Shown here in pieces: positions 1 to 9,083 of a stretch of 64,000 bases of DNA. Position numbers and translations under genes: made by a program. The notes below the pieces were generated by a model. The model ran no database searches. It was given only the letters and a program-made list of their open reading frames with translations, and had not been told where the DNA came from. The stretch's first letter is position 1; each line of letters starts with the position of its first letter. Source of the DNA: Deltaproteobacteria bacterium (GTDB lineage: Bacteria > Desulfobacterota > Desulfobaccia > Desulfobaccales > 0-14-0-80-60-11); assembly GCA_016208235.1 (NCBI GenBank), contig JACQYN010000014.1, positions 203 to 64,202 on the forward strand, given 5' to 3'.

Positions 1-41
1 ACTTCCCCTCCATCGCCAGCTTCCGGGAATTGATGAATTAA

Positions 42-170
42 GATTCACCACAAAGACACAAAGGCACAAAGGTTCACAAAGAGAATTAAATTTTGCCTTT
101 GGCGCAAAGCGCCAAGGGCAAAATAAAATACTTTGTGTATCTTTGTGTCCTTGTGCCTTTGTGGTAAATC
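42..170. repeat. nested palindromic element, CACAAAG-arm family
   Basis: Arm 42-83 (CACAAAG x4) is inverted against arm 131-170 (CTTTGTG x4). The inner hairpin is TTTTGCCTTTGGCGC-AAA-GCGCCAAGGGCAAAA (90-122). Confidence 0.9.
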
Positions 171-176
171 TTTTTC

Positions 177-1428
177 TTACGCGGGCACGCGCTCGATGCG
201 CGCTCCCAGCGCGGAGAGTTTTTCCACCAGATGCGCGTAGCCCCGGTCCAGGTGGTAAACCCGGTGGACCTCGGTGGTGCCCTGCGCAGCCAGCCCGGCA
301 ATGATCAGGGACGCGGAGGCCCGCAAGTCCGTAGCCATCACCGGTGCGCCGGAAAGATGGCGGCGGCCTCGGACCACCGCCTGGTTGCCGGAGATGGTGA
401 TGTCCGCGCCCAGGCGTTTGAGTTCCCCCACGTGAATGAAGCGGTCTTCGAAGATGGTTTCGGTGATGACGCTGGCGCCTTTGGCCACACTCATCAGGGC
501 CATGAACTGGGCCTGCATGTCCGTGGGGAAACCGGGGTAGGGGAGGGTCTTTACGTCCACTCCGGCTAGGCTGCCCCCGGGCTGCACCTCGATGCGGCTA
601 TCTGTTACGGTGCAACGCACCCCCGCCTCATGGAACTTCTCCAGGACCGCGGTGAGGTGGGCTACGGGCGCGTTGGCGATGGCGACCTTACCCTTGGCTC
701 ATGACGGTGTAGGTCGAAGGCGTCAGGGCCTCCACCCCATGGATGGTGAGGACGTCGGTGCCGATGCCTTCGATCTGGGCTCCAAGAGTTACCAGGAAGC
801 GGGCCAGGTCGCCCACTTCCGGTTCCTGGGCGGCATTGACGAGTCTGGTGGTGCCTTTGGCCAGGGTGGCGGCCATCAGCAGGTTTTCGGTGCCGGTGAC
901 CGTGGGGAAATCCAGGATAATCTCCGCGCCCTTGAGTTCCTTGGCCTTGGCCTCCACGTAGCCCTGGTTCAGGGTGATTTTGACCCCCATGGCCTCCAGG
1001 CCCTTCAGGTGCAAATTTATGGGCCGGGCGCCGATGGCGCAACCCCCGGGCATGGAGACGCTGGCCTGGCGGGCCCGGGCCAAGAGCGGCCCCAGGACCA
1101 GGACCGCGGCCCGCATGGTCTTGACCACCTCGTAGGGTGCCATCCAGCCGGTGAGGTTGCTGGAGTCCACTATCAGGACACCCTTTTGGTGGGGTGGGCC
1201 TCCGTGCCCGCCAACCGCTGCCTGCTCCTCCTCTTCAAACTGCACCCCCATCAGCCCCAGGACCTTCTTCATGGTGCGGATATCCGCCAGGGCCGGGACG
1301 TTGTAAAGCCGGTGCACGCCCGGGGCCAGCAGAGTCGCGGCCATAATGGGCAGGGCCGCGTTCTTGGCCCCGCTGATGATTACTTCCCCACTAAGGGTCA
1401 CGCCGCCGTCAATGACGATTTTGTCCAT
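177..1428 (-). pseudogene. murA: UDP-N-acetylglucosamine 1-carboxyvinyltransferase MurA, reading frame broken at about 693-699
   Basis: ORF 688..1428 is the MurA N-terminal two thirds ([24 protein letters not shown]). ORF 177..620 (frame open up to ~698) is the C-terminal third ([26 protein letters not shown]). The two parts are in different frames and the conserved PDRIExGTF segment is absent. Confidence 0.85.
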
Positions 1429-1446
1429 CTTTTTCCATCTTTATTT

Positions 1447-1654
1447 TCTGGTTCCCAAGCTGTGCTTGGGAACCCACTTAGGCGCAAAGCTGTGCTTTGC
1501 AAATCAACTCAAAAAGTTAACCATTATTTCGGCATGAAAAAATCTTAAATTCCCAAGCCGCTTGGGATACAGCGGTGTTCCCAAGTTCAACGTGGGAACG
1601 AGAAATAGGGGGTAATCTTTTAGCCGAAAACCGAAAACTGAAAACCGAAAACCG
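1447..1654. repeat. cluster of GTTCCCAAGC...GCTTGGGAAC hairpins plus a (GAAAACN)4 array
   Basis: Hairpins at 1447-1470, 1478-1500, 1549-1567 and 1577-1600, plus CCGAAAACCGAAAACTGAAAACCGAAAACCG at 1624-1654. Confidence 0.85.
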
Positions 1655-1657
1655 TAT

Positions 1658-2059
1658 TTAAAGCTTACCAAAAAACTCCGTGATGTCGAAGAACACGTCC
1701 TTTTTGCTGCCGTCCTTCAGTTCAATCTCCATGCGGTCATAATCCTTGCCTTTTACATGGAGGACGCTCTGGCGTTTCAATTTCCAGTCCGCGTTGGGCT
1801 GGCCGAATTTTTTCATCAGGTAATAATACTCTGCGTTGATGCCGACCCGGGAGTTGGGCGCGCCGGAGATGACCACCGCGGTTTCCGGGGTATCCCCCGG
1901 CCCGCCTTTAAAAACGATCTTTGGCTTGGCGGGTTTTTCCGGGGCTGGCGCTGTCGCCTGGGCGTAAGCCAATTTGGCCCCAGATGAGGGGAGAGAGAAC
2001 GGACTGGAAAAAGAAAATAGCAGGGTCGCTACCAAGAGCATACAAATGGTTCTTGCCAT
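1658..2059 (-). CDS. small secreted/lipoprotein-like protein, unknown function (133 aa)
   Basis: ATG at 2059 is preceded by GGAGG. The N-terminus MARTICMLLVATLLFSFSS looks like a signal peptide. The upstream part of the 207-aa track ORF overlaps the methyltransferase and looks non-coding. Confidence 0.55.
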   Translation of the reverse strand: MARTICMLLVATLLFSFSSPFSLPSSGAKLAYAQATAPAPEKPAKPKIVFKGGPGDTPETAVVISGAPNSRVGINAEYYYLMKKFGQPNADWKLKRQSVLHVKGKDYDRMEIELKDGSKKDVFFDITEFFGKL

Positions 2060-2081
2060 GGGGGCCTCCTGACGGAGCCTA

Positions 2082-3023
2082 TCACTTTGTGTTGTCTTCA
2101 AGAATAATCTCCAAAACCTTCTGGGCCTTGAATTCCATGACAAACTGCTTGACCCTTCTCTCCGCCAACCTGGCATACCGCTGCTCAATCTCGTACCCCA
2201 CATACCGCCGCTCCCCCTGGAGCGCGGCAATCGCGGCCTGGCCGGAGCCCATGAAGGGGTCCAGGACCACCTCCCCCTCATAGGTGTAAAGCTGGATGAG
2301 GCGCTGGGGTAGCTCCACCGGGAAGGGCGCGGGGTGGCCCACCTTGCGGGCGGAGACCGCGGGGAAGGTCCAGATGCTCTTGGTGTATTCCAAAAATTCT
2401 TCCCGGTTGATGGTGGCCTGGCGCTTGTGGGGATTTTTCCGCTTAAAGCCCTCTTTGGAAAAAATCAGGATGTATTCGTGAATATCCCGGAGCGTGGGGT
2501 TGGCCGGGGACTTCCAGGACCCCCAAGCCGTGGAGCCCGCGGCGGATGCCGCCTTGTTCCAGATGATTTCCCCCCGCATCAGGAAGCCGATTTCCACCAT
2601 TCCCTGGATGATGAAGGAGTGAAGGGGAATATAGGGTTTGCGCCCCAGGTTGGCGATGTTGACACAGGCCCGGCCCCCGGGGACCAGCACCCGGTGCACC
2701 TCCCGCCAGACTCGCTGCAAAAAACCCAGGTATTCCTCCAGGGTGAAGTCCTCGTCGTAGTCTTTGCCCACGTTGTAAGGAGGCGAAGTGACCATCAGGT
2801 GGACGCTGTTATCGGGAAGTTCCTCCATTTCTTCCGAGGACTTGCAGAAAATCTGATTTAAATACTCCGGGGGCACCGGCTTCTCCTCATAGGCAACCTC
2901 TTGCTCCTGGGGGATCTGGGCATATAATTTACTGGCATAAAAAGCGGAAGAATCGTGGGAAATCCGGCCCGGAGTGCCGAAGGAACTGGTGCGGGTCTTT
3001 TTTCTAAGAGGCAGATTTTTCAT
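2082..3023 (-). CDS. beta-class N6-adenine/N4-cytosine DNA methyltransferase (PF01555-like), orphan
   Basis: Motif IV SPPY (MVTSPPYNVGKDY) lies N-terminal to the AdoMet motif DPFMGSGQAAIAAL. The likely start is the ATG at 3023 (MKNLPLRKK). No restriction endonuclease ORF is adjacent. Confidence 0.85.
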   Translation of the reverse strand: MKNLPLRKKTRTSSFGTPGRISHDSSAFYASKLYAQIPQEQEVAYEEKPVPPEYLNQIFCKSSEEMEELPDNSVHLMVTSPPYNVGKDYDEDFTLEEYLGFLQRVWREVHRVLVPGGRACVNIANLGRKPYIPLHSFIIQGMVEIGFLMRGEIIWNKAASAAGSTAWGSWKSPANPTLRDIHEYILIFSKEGFKRKNPHKRQATINREEFLEYTKSIWTFPAVSARKVGHPAPFPVELPQRLIQLYTYEGEVVLDPFMGSGQAAIAALQGERRYVGYEIEQRYARLAERRVKQFVMEFKAQKVLEIILEDNTK

Positions 3024-3033
3024 GAAAAGACCA

Positions 3034-3151
3034 GTAGGGTGCGTTTCACGCACCATAACCCGGGGCCAAGGATCGAGACCGGCTATTATTTACCCGGACA
3101 CAGGGGTTTTCTAAAATGGAGATCTTTTTTGGTGCGTGAAACGCACCCTAC
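3034..3151. repeat. GTAG-headed REP-like inverted doublet
   Basis: GTAGGGTGCGTTTCACGCACC (3034-3054) against GGTGCGTGAAACGCACCCTAC (3131-3151). Confidence 0.9.
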
Positions 3152-3355
3152 ATGTCTATTCCTGCGAACCTGATGAATGGTGATGCATCCCCAGGTCTTA
3201 TTCTGTACCCGCACAGGCGAGACGCCTGTGCCACCAACACCTCCTGACTTGGAGAAGTCCGGCTATTCCCCCAACCCCTGAATTTCCCTTGGTTTGTCAG
3301 CGTCCTATATGTTAGGATTATTATATTTAGGCCCAGGGGGAAAGGAAAGGAATTT

Positions 3356-3997
3356 ATGGAATTCTGGGTGCTGGCCGGGGTGCCAGCCACCTCGTTTATT
3401 GTCGCCCTGTCCGGGGCCCTGATGCCCGGGCCGCTCCTCACGGTGACCGTGGGAGAGGCCGCGCGCCGGGGTTTCTGGGCCGGACCCCTGATTATCGTCG
3501 GCCATGCCTTGCTGGAGCTGGCCCTGGTGTTGCTGCTCCTGGCAGGCGTGGGGGCCTGGCTGCACCAGCCCGCCATCCTGGGCCTGGTGGGTGTGTTGGG
3601 CGCGGGCATGTTAGGATGGATGGGCCTGGCCCTGATGCGGGCCTCCAAGCACAGCCGCCTGGAGTTTGACCCCCAGGCCCACTCCGGGTTACACCCGGTC
3701 ATGGCCGGTGTTCTATTAAGCCTGGCCAACCCCTACTGGCTTCTCTGGTGGCTGACCATCGGCCTGGGCTACGTAATGTTTGCCGGGAAATACGGCCTCC
3801 CCGGGGTGGCTCTGTTCTATGTAGGCCATATCCTGGCCGACTTCGTCTGGTACAGCCTGGTCTCCGGCGCGGTGGCCCAGGGGCGGCGTTTTCTTTCCGA
3901 CCGGCTCTACCAGGGCTTCCTGGCCTGCTGCGGCTTTTTCCTGGTGGGTTTCGGCGGCTACTTCGGCTTTCAGGGAGTGAAGTTTCTCCTCGGTTAA
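3356..3997 (+). CDS. LysE/RhtB-family amino-acid exporter
   Basis: 213-aa multi-TM protein with a family-like N-terminus (GALMPGPLLTVTVGEA) and size typical of the family. Confidence 0.75.
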   Translation: MEFWVLAGVPATSFIVALSGALMPGPLLTVTVGEAARRGFWAGPLIIVGHALLELALVLLLLAGVGAWLHQPAILGLVGVLGAGMLGWMGLALMRASKHSRLEFDPQAHSGLHPVMAGVLLSLANPYWLLWWLTIGLGYVMFAGKYGLPGVALFYVGHILADFVWYSLVSGAVAQGRRFLSDRLYQGFLACCGFFLVGFGGYFGFQGVKFLLG

Positions 3998-3999
3998 AT

Positions 4000-4058
4000 G
4001 TAGGGGCGCACCCATGTGTGCGTCCCCGGCAAGAGCGGACACATGGGTCCGCCCCTAC
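4000..4058. repeat. GTAG-headed REP-like inverted doublet
   Basis: GTAGGGGCGCACCCATGTGTGCGTCCCC ... GCGGACACATGGGTCCGCCCCTAC. Confidence 0.9.
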
Positions 4059-4095
4059 ATAAGACAATAATTTGAAAAGCTGATCCGGAGGCTCA

Positions 4096-4719
4096 ATGAT
4101 CCAAAAAGCCCTGATGGTGGGGTTGCTGGAAGTCAATTGTTATATCCTGGGCGACGAAGAGACCAAGGAAGCAGTGGTCATCGATCCGGGGGGGGATGAG
4201 GACGAGATCCTGGAGGCCTTGAAATACCATGGTCTGCAATTGAAAACCATCATCGACACCCACGGCCACTTCGACCACGTGGACGCCAATCAGCCCCTGA
4301 AGGACGCCACCGGCGCGGCCATCGCCATCCATGAGGCGGACGCGGCCATGCTGGCCAAACCCTCCGCGGAGGCCATGTTCTTCACCGGCAACCGCCTGCG
4401 CCTCTCCCAGGCGGATATACTTCTTAAGGAAGGCGATGTCCTCAGCTTCGGCAAATACCGCCTAAAGGTGCTTCACACCCCGGGCCATACCCCGGGCGGC
4501 ATCAGCCTGGTGATGGAAGGCAGCCCCCTGGTTTACGTGGGTGATCTCCTCTTCCAGGGCTCCATCGGCCGCACTGACTTCCCCGGGGGCTCCTTCGAGG
4601 ACCTGATCAACGCGGTGAAAACCAAAATTTTCCCCCTGGGGGACAACTACACCGTGTACCCGGGGCACGGCCCGGTCACCACCGTGGGCCAGGAACGGAA
4701 GTATAATCCGTTTTTTTAA
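4096..4719 (+). CDS. MBL-fold metallo-hydrolase (glyoxalase II-like)
   Basis: HxHxDH motif (THGHFDHV), a later HTPGHTPG, and 207 aa length. Confidence 0.85.
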   Translation: MIQKALMVGLLEVNCYILGDEETKEAVVIDPGGDEDEILEALKYHGLQLKTIIDTHGHFDHVDANQPLKDATGAAIAIHEADAAMLAKPSAEAMFFTGNRLRLSQADILLKEGDVLSFGKYRLKVLHTPGHTPGGISLVMEGSPLVYVGDLLFQGSIGRTDFPGGSFEDLINAVKTKIFPLGDNYTVYPGHGPVTTVGQERKYNPFF

Positions 4720-4810
4720 CAGTGAGCAGTGAGCAGTAAGCAGCTGCTCACTGTTCACTTGAAGAGATAGGTCTCACGCAAAGACGCAAAGGCGCAAAGT
4801 AAGACGCAAA
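4719..4810. repeat. (CAGTGAG)n self-hairpin followed by a (CGCAAAG)n array
   Basis: ACAGTGAGCAGTGAGCAGTAAGCAGCTGCTCACTGT (4719-4759) and CACGCAAAGACGCAAAGGCGCAAAGTAAGACGCAAA (4772-4810). Confidence 0.85.
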
Positions 4811-4926
4811 TATATAGAAATGGAAGGTGCTTCCTTCGCACCAAAATTGCTTTGCAGACCAACAAGTTAATGTGGGGTGGGCACTGCCCGCCAATTCCTT
4901 AGCTTAAGTTTATAAAGGACACCTTG

Positions 4927-6141
4927 ATGGCCTTCACCGGCAAGCGCATCTTATTGGGAGTCTCCGGCGGCATCGCCGCGTACAAGGCCGCGGAGTTGGC
5001 CCGGCGGTTGGTCTCCGGGGGCGCGGCGGTCAAGGTGGTAATGACCCGGGCGGCCCAGGAGTTTGTCACGCCTTTGACTTTCCAGGCCCTGACCGGGGAG
5101 GAGGTGGCTACCACCATGTTCGGCCCCGGCAGCGAGCCCTTGGAGCACGTGGCCCTGGGACAAAAGGTGGACGCCCTGGTGCTCGCCCCGGCCACGGCCA
5201 ATCTCCTGGGCAAGATGGCCGCAGGGATCGGCGATGATCTCCTCACCACTATCCTTCTGGCGGCCACCAAGCCCATCCTGGTCTGTCCGGCCATGAATTG
5301 CGAGATGTGGGCGAATCCCGCAGTGCAGGAAAACGTGGCCCGGCTCCGGGATCGAGGCCTGACGGTGTTGCAGCCGGAAGCCGGGGAGCTGGCCTGTGGC
5401 GCGGTGGGTTACGGCCGCCTGCCGGAGCCGGAGACCATCCTGGAGGCCCTGGCGAAGTTAGTGACCCCCCAGGACCTGGCAGGACGCCGTATTCTGGTGA
5501 CCGCCGGGCCTACCCACGAAGATATGGACCCGGTGCGGTTTTTGACCAACCGCTCCAGCGGCAAGCAGGGCTACGCCCTGGCGAAGGTGGCTTGGCGCCG
5601 GGGTGCCGAGGTCTGCCTGATCAGCGGCCCGTCTCACCTTCCTGCGCCCCAGGGGGTGGAGCGCCTGGAGGTCAGGTCCGCCCGGGAGATGCTGGACGCG
5701 GTGCTGGCCCGCTTCCCCCAAACGGAGGCCCTGCTTATGGCCGCGGCCGTGGGGGATTATCACCCTACGAGTCGGGCCGAACACAAGATCAAGCGGGGTT
5801 CCCAGGAATTGACGGTGCACCTGACCCAGAATCCGGACATCCTCAAGGAAGTGGCCGCGCTCAAGAAAAGGCAGGTGGTGGTGGGCTTCGCGGCGGAGAC
5901 CCGGGACCTGGAGGCCACGGCCCGGAGGAAGCTCGAGGACAAGGGCCTGGACCTGATTGTGGCCAACCAGGTAAACCGCCCGGACTCAGGCTTTGCGGTG
6001 GACACCAACGAAGTGGCCATCATCGGGCGTAAAAATTTGCTGGTGCGCCTGCCGCTCCTCAGCAAGGAGGAAGTGGCGGCAAAGGTTCTGGACCAGGTAG
6101 TGGCGCTGCTGCCAACCCGCCAGGGGGGCAAAAGTGCCTGA
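4927..6141 (+). CDS. coaBC: bifunctional phosphopantothenoylcysteine decarboxylase / phosphopantothenate-cysteine ligase
   Basis: N-terminal flavoprotein domain (LLGVSGGIAAYKAAEL) plus a C-terminal CoaB domain (VTAGPTHEDMDPVRFLTNRSSGKQG, GFAAET). About 404 aa. Confidence 0.92.
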   Translation: MAFTGKRILLGVSGGIAAYKAAELARRLVSGGAAVKVVMTRAAQEFVTPLTFQALTGEEVATTMFGPGSEPLEHVALGQKVDALVLAPATANLLGKMAAGIGDDLLTTILLAATKPILVCPAMNCEMWANPAVQENVARLRDRGLTVLQPEAGELACGAVGYGRLPEPETILEALAKLVTPQDLAGRRILVTAGPTHEDMDPVRFLTNRSSGKQGYALAKVAWRRGAEVCLISGPSHLPAPQGVERLEVRSAREMLDAVLARFPQTEALLMAAAVGDYHPTSRAEHKIKRGSQELTVHLTQNPDILKEVAALKKRQVVVGFAAETRDLEATARRKLEDKGLDLIVANQVNRPDSGFAVDTNEVAIIGRKNLLVRLPLLSKEEVAAKVLDQVVALLPTRQGGKSA

Positions 6142-6838
6142 GGACCCGGCCCTGGAACTGCAGGAGTTGACCGCGGCCCTGGAGGACTGGCTGCGCTTCC
6201 AGCGCCGCCTGGGTTGGCCGGGTACTCCCGCAGAGAGCGAGACCCCGTCCCCAGAACAGGTTCAAGAGACCGACCGGGTTTTAACCCTGAAGGAGATACG
6301 CGCCGAGTTGGGGGATTGCAAGCGCTGCAAGCTCTCTCGGGGCCGCAAAACCATCGTCTTTGGGGATGGTTCGGCCCGGGCCCGTCTGATGTTCATCGGC
6401 GAAGGCCCGGGAGAGGAAGAAGACCTCCAGGGGCTTCCCTTTGTGGGCGCGGCCGGGCAGTTGTTAAACAGGCTCTTGAGCAAACTGGGCCTCAGGCGGG
6501 AGGAAGTCTATATCGCCAATGTCGTGAAATGCCGCCCCCCCGGGAACCGGGAGCCGGAGGCGGATGAGACCGGGCAATGCCTCCCTTTCCTGCGGAAGCA
6601 GATTGAAGCCATCAAGCCCCGGGTGATCGTCACCCTGGGACGGGTGGCCACCCAAGCCCTGCTGGGCACCCAGGCCCCCTTGACCCGGATGCGGGGCCAA
6701 TGGCAGAAGTACCGGGAAATCAGGGTTATGCCCACCTTTCATCCTTCGTACCTGCTCCGCTTTCCCAAGGAGCGCCATAAGACCTGGGAAGACATGCAAC
6801 AGGTAATGGAGTATCTGGCGGCCCATGATGAAATTTAA
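6134..6838 (+). CDS. uracil-DNA glycosylase, family 4
   Basis: FIGEGPGEEEDLQGLPFVGAAGQLL and HPSYLLR motifs. GTG start overlaps the coaBC stop. Confidence 0.85.
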   Translation: MPEDPALELQELTAALEDWLRFQRRLGWPGTPAESETPSPEQVQETDRVLTLKEIRAELGDCKRCKLSRGRKTIVFGDGSARARLMFIGEGPGEEEDLQGLPFVGAAGQLLNRLLSKLGLRREEVYIANVVKCRPPGNREPEADETGQCLPFLRKQIEAIKPRVIVTLGRVATQALLGTQAPLTRMRGQWQKYREIRVMPTFHPSYLLRFPKERHKTWEDMQQVMEYLAAHDEI

Positions 6839-8132
6839 GTACCTTATTTATTTATCTATTTTTATTTTAGTCGGGCTTGGGCTCTGGAGCGCGGGTCTCG
6901 AGGCCGCCCCCCGCCGCGTCTTCGTCCTGCCTGCGGTTGGTTCCATCAATCCCGGACTGGCGGAGTTCATCCTGGACGGCATCCGCACTGCCGAAAAGGA
7001 GCAGGCCGAAGCCCTGGTGATTCAACTGGACACCCCCGGGGGGCTGGATTCCTCCATGCGGCAGATCGCCCAGGCCATCATCAATTCCAAGGTGCCGGTG
7101 ATCGTCTATGTCTCGCCCCGGGGGGCCCGGGCCGCGTCCGCGGGGCTGCTGATCACCATGGCCGCGCCGGTGGCCGCCATGGCCCCGGGCACCAACATCG
7201 GCGCGGCCCATCCCGTATCCGTGGGGCTGGGGAAAGTGGATAAAGTCATGGGCCAGAAGATGGTGAACGACATGGTCGCCTATGGCCGGGCCCTGGCCAC
7301 GGAACGGGGCCGCAACGCCGACTGGGTGGAGAAGGGCATCCGCCAGAGCGCGTCCATTCCTGCGGCCGAGGCCCTGCGCCTGAAGGTTGTGGACTTGGGG
7401 GCTGAAGACCTAGACGATTTGCTGAAGAAAGTGGACGGCCGCAAGGTGATGGTGGCAGGAAAACCACTGGTTCTGCATACCGCGGGCGCCACCGTCAGGG
7501 ATATCCCCGAGGGCCTGCGCACCCGGATTCTGAAGCACATCGCCGATCCCAACATCGCCTTTATCCTGATGATGATCGGCCTGGCGGGGCTCTATTTCGA
7601 ACTGGCCCATCCGGGAGTGGTCTTCCCGGGAGTGGTGGGGGCCCTGTGCCTCCTTCTGGCCTTTTTCGCGTTCCAGACCCTGCCCATCAATTTTATCGGT
7701 ATCCTCCTGATCCTTTTGGCCTTTATTCTCTTTATCCTGGAATTCAAAATTACCAGCTACGGTCTCCTCTCCCTGGGAGGAGTGATTTCTTTGCTATTGG
7801 GGTCCATGATGCTTTTTCGCCAAGGGGAGATGGGTATCGGCATATCCTGGTGGGTTTTGATCCCCACGGTCCTGGTGGTCTCTGGGTTTTTCATCGCGGT
7901 GGCCGGCATCGTCTTTCGCATGCATTTCCGCCGCTCTATGACCGGTACCGCCGGGATGGTGGGGGAAAAGGGCGTGGCTCATACCGCCCTGGCCCCGGAA
8001 GGCCAGGTCTTCGTGCACGGGGAATACTGGCACGCGGTGAGTGAAGAACCGATTGCCCCGGGGGAGCCCGTGGAGGTTGTGGAAGTGGTTAATCTGAAGC
8101 TTAAGGTGCGCAAAGCAGAAAAATCTCAGTAA
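6825..8132 (+). CDS. NfeD-family membrane-bound ClpP-class serine protease
   Basis: Signal/TM N-terminus, a ClpP-like domain, a block of TM helices and a C-terminal NfeD OB-like domain. It sits immediately upstream of an SPFH gene. Confidence 0.85.
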   Translation: MMKFKYLIYLSIFILVGLGLWSAGLEAAPRRVFVLPAVGSINPGLAEFILDGIRTAEKEQAEALVIQLDTPGGLDSSMRQIAQAIINSKVPVIVYVSPRGARAASAGLLITMAAPVAAMAPGTNIGAAHPVSVGLGKVDKVMGQKMVNDMVAYGRALATERGRNADWVEKGIRQSASIPAAEALRLKVVDLGAEDLDDLLKKVDGRKVMVAGKPLVLHTAGATVRDIPEGLRTRILKHIADPNIAFILMMIGLAGLYFELAHPGVVFPGVVGALCLLLAFFAFQTLPINFIGILLILLAFILFILEFKITSYGLLSLGGVISLLLGSMMLFRQGEMGIGISWWVLIPTVLVVSGFFIAVAGIVFRMHFRRSMTGTAGMVGEKGVAHTALAPEGQVFVHGEYWHAVSEEPIAPGEPVEVVEVVNLKLKVRKAEKSQ

Positions 8133-8213
8133 TACTTTTTCCCCTTTCTCATGATATAAACTTGCAATTATGACAGTCTTTATTTAACCGAAAACCGGCA
8201 TAAGGAGGCGGGC

Positions 8214-9005
8214 ATGTTCCAGTTTCTCTCCAGTTCTGTGGTCCTGATCATCATCCTGGTGGTGTTCTTCCTGATGAGCGCCATCAAGATTCTCAACGAA
8301 TACGAACGGGGGGTGATCTTCCGGTTGGGCCGGGCTTTGGATCACGCCAAAGGCCCGGGACTGATTATCCTCATCCCCGTAGTGGACAAGATGGTCAAGG
8401 TCAACCTGCAGTTGGTCACCTATGACGTCCCCTCCCAGGATATCATCACCCGGGACAACGTCACCGTGAAGGTGAACGCGGTGGTCTATTTCCGGGTGAT
8501 GGATCCCCTGAAGGCGATCATCGAAGTCCGGGATTACTATGCCGCCACCCAGCTCCTGGCCCAAACCACCCTCCGGAGCGTCTGCGGCCAGGTGGAGCTG
8601 GACGACCTCTTGGCTGAGCGAGAGAAGGTCAATGCCCGACTGGCGGATATCCTGGACCAGCAGACCGAGCCTTGGGGAATCAAGGTGACCCTGGTGGAAG
8701 TGAGGGCCATCGACCTGCCCATCGAGATGCAGCGGGCCATGGCCAAACAGGCGGAAGCGGAGCGGGAACGGCGGGCCAAAGTGATCAACGCCGAAGGGGA
8801 ATTCCAGGCTGCGGCCAAGATGGCGGACGCCGCCCGGGTGCTGGCCACGGAACCCATGTCCCTGCAACTGCGCTACCTTCAAACCTTAAGGGAAATCGCC
8901 GCGGAAAAGAACTCCACCACCCTCTTCCCCATCCCCATCGATCTGGTGAAACCCTTCATCAAGTTGGCGGAGCGGCTGGAGGTGCTGGAGGAGAAGAAGG
9001 GATAG
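8214..9005 (+). CDS. SPFH/band-7 (stomatin-like) membrane protein
   Basis: N-terminal TM followed by [12 protein letters not shown]...[15 protein letters not shown]...[10 protein letters not shown], typical of stomatin/slipin proteins. Confidence 0.9.
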   Translation: MFQFLSSSVVLIIILVVFFLMSAIKILNEYERGVIFRLGRALDHAKGPGLIILIPVVDKMVKVNLQLVTYDVPSQDIITRDNVTVKVNAVVYFRVMDPLKAIIEVRDYYAATQLLAQTTLRSVCGQVELDDLLAEREKVNARLADILDQQTEPWGIKVTLVEVRAIDLPIEMQRAMAKQAEAERERRAKVINAEGEFQAAAKMADAARVLATEPMSLQLRYLQTLREIAAEKNSTTLFPIPIDLVKPFIKLAERLEVLEEKKG

Positions 9006-9007
9006 AA

Positions 9008-9042
9008 AGCTATCAGCTGTCAGCTTTCAGCGATCAGCTTTT
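9008..9042. repeat. (CAGCTNT)n heptamer array
   Basis: AAGCTATCAGCTGTCAGCTTTCAGCGATCAGCTTTT. Related arrays occur at 20607-20640 (inverted), 40774-40812, 53919-53949 and 54022-54054. Confidence 0.85.
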
Positions 9043-9083
9043 GAAGATTTATACTAAGTTACCGTCAAAGAAGTAATATTGAG

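Noticed and set aside
3148-3729. 193-aa minus-strand ORF
   Set aside because: It overlaps the LysE exporter in antisense and starts inside REP-like repeats.
5298-6032. 244-aa plus-strand ORF in an alternative frame of coaBC
   Set aside because: It lies on the same strand and overlaps a confidently identified coaBC. Its composition is Gly/Pro/Arg-rich and it has no motifs.
6825-9005. nfeD-SPFH pair as a candidate novel or defence system
   Set aside because: This is a widespread, well-described two-gene membrane-quality-control operon in a core-genome context with uniform GC. Nothing about it is unusual.
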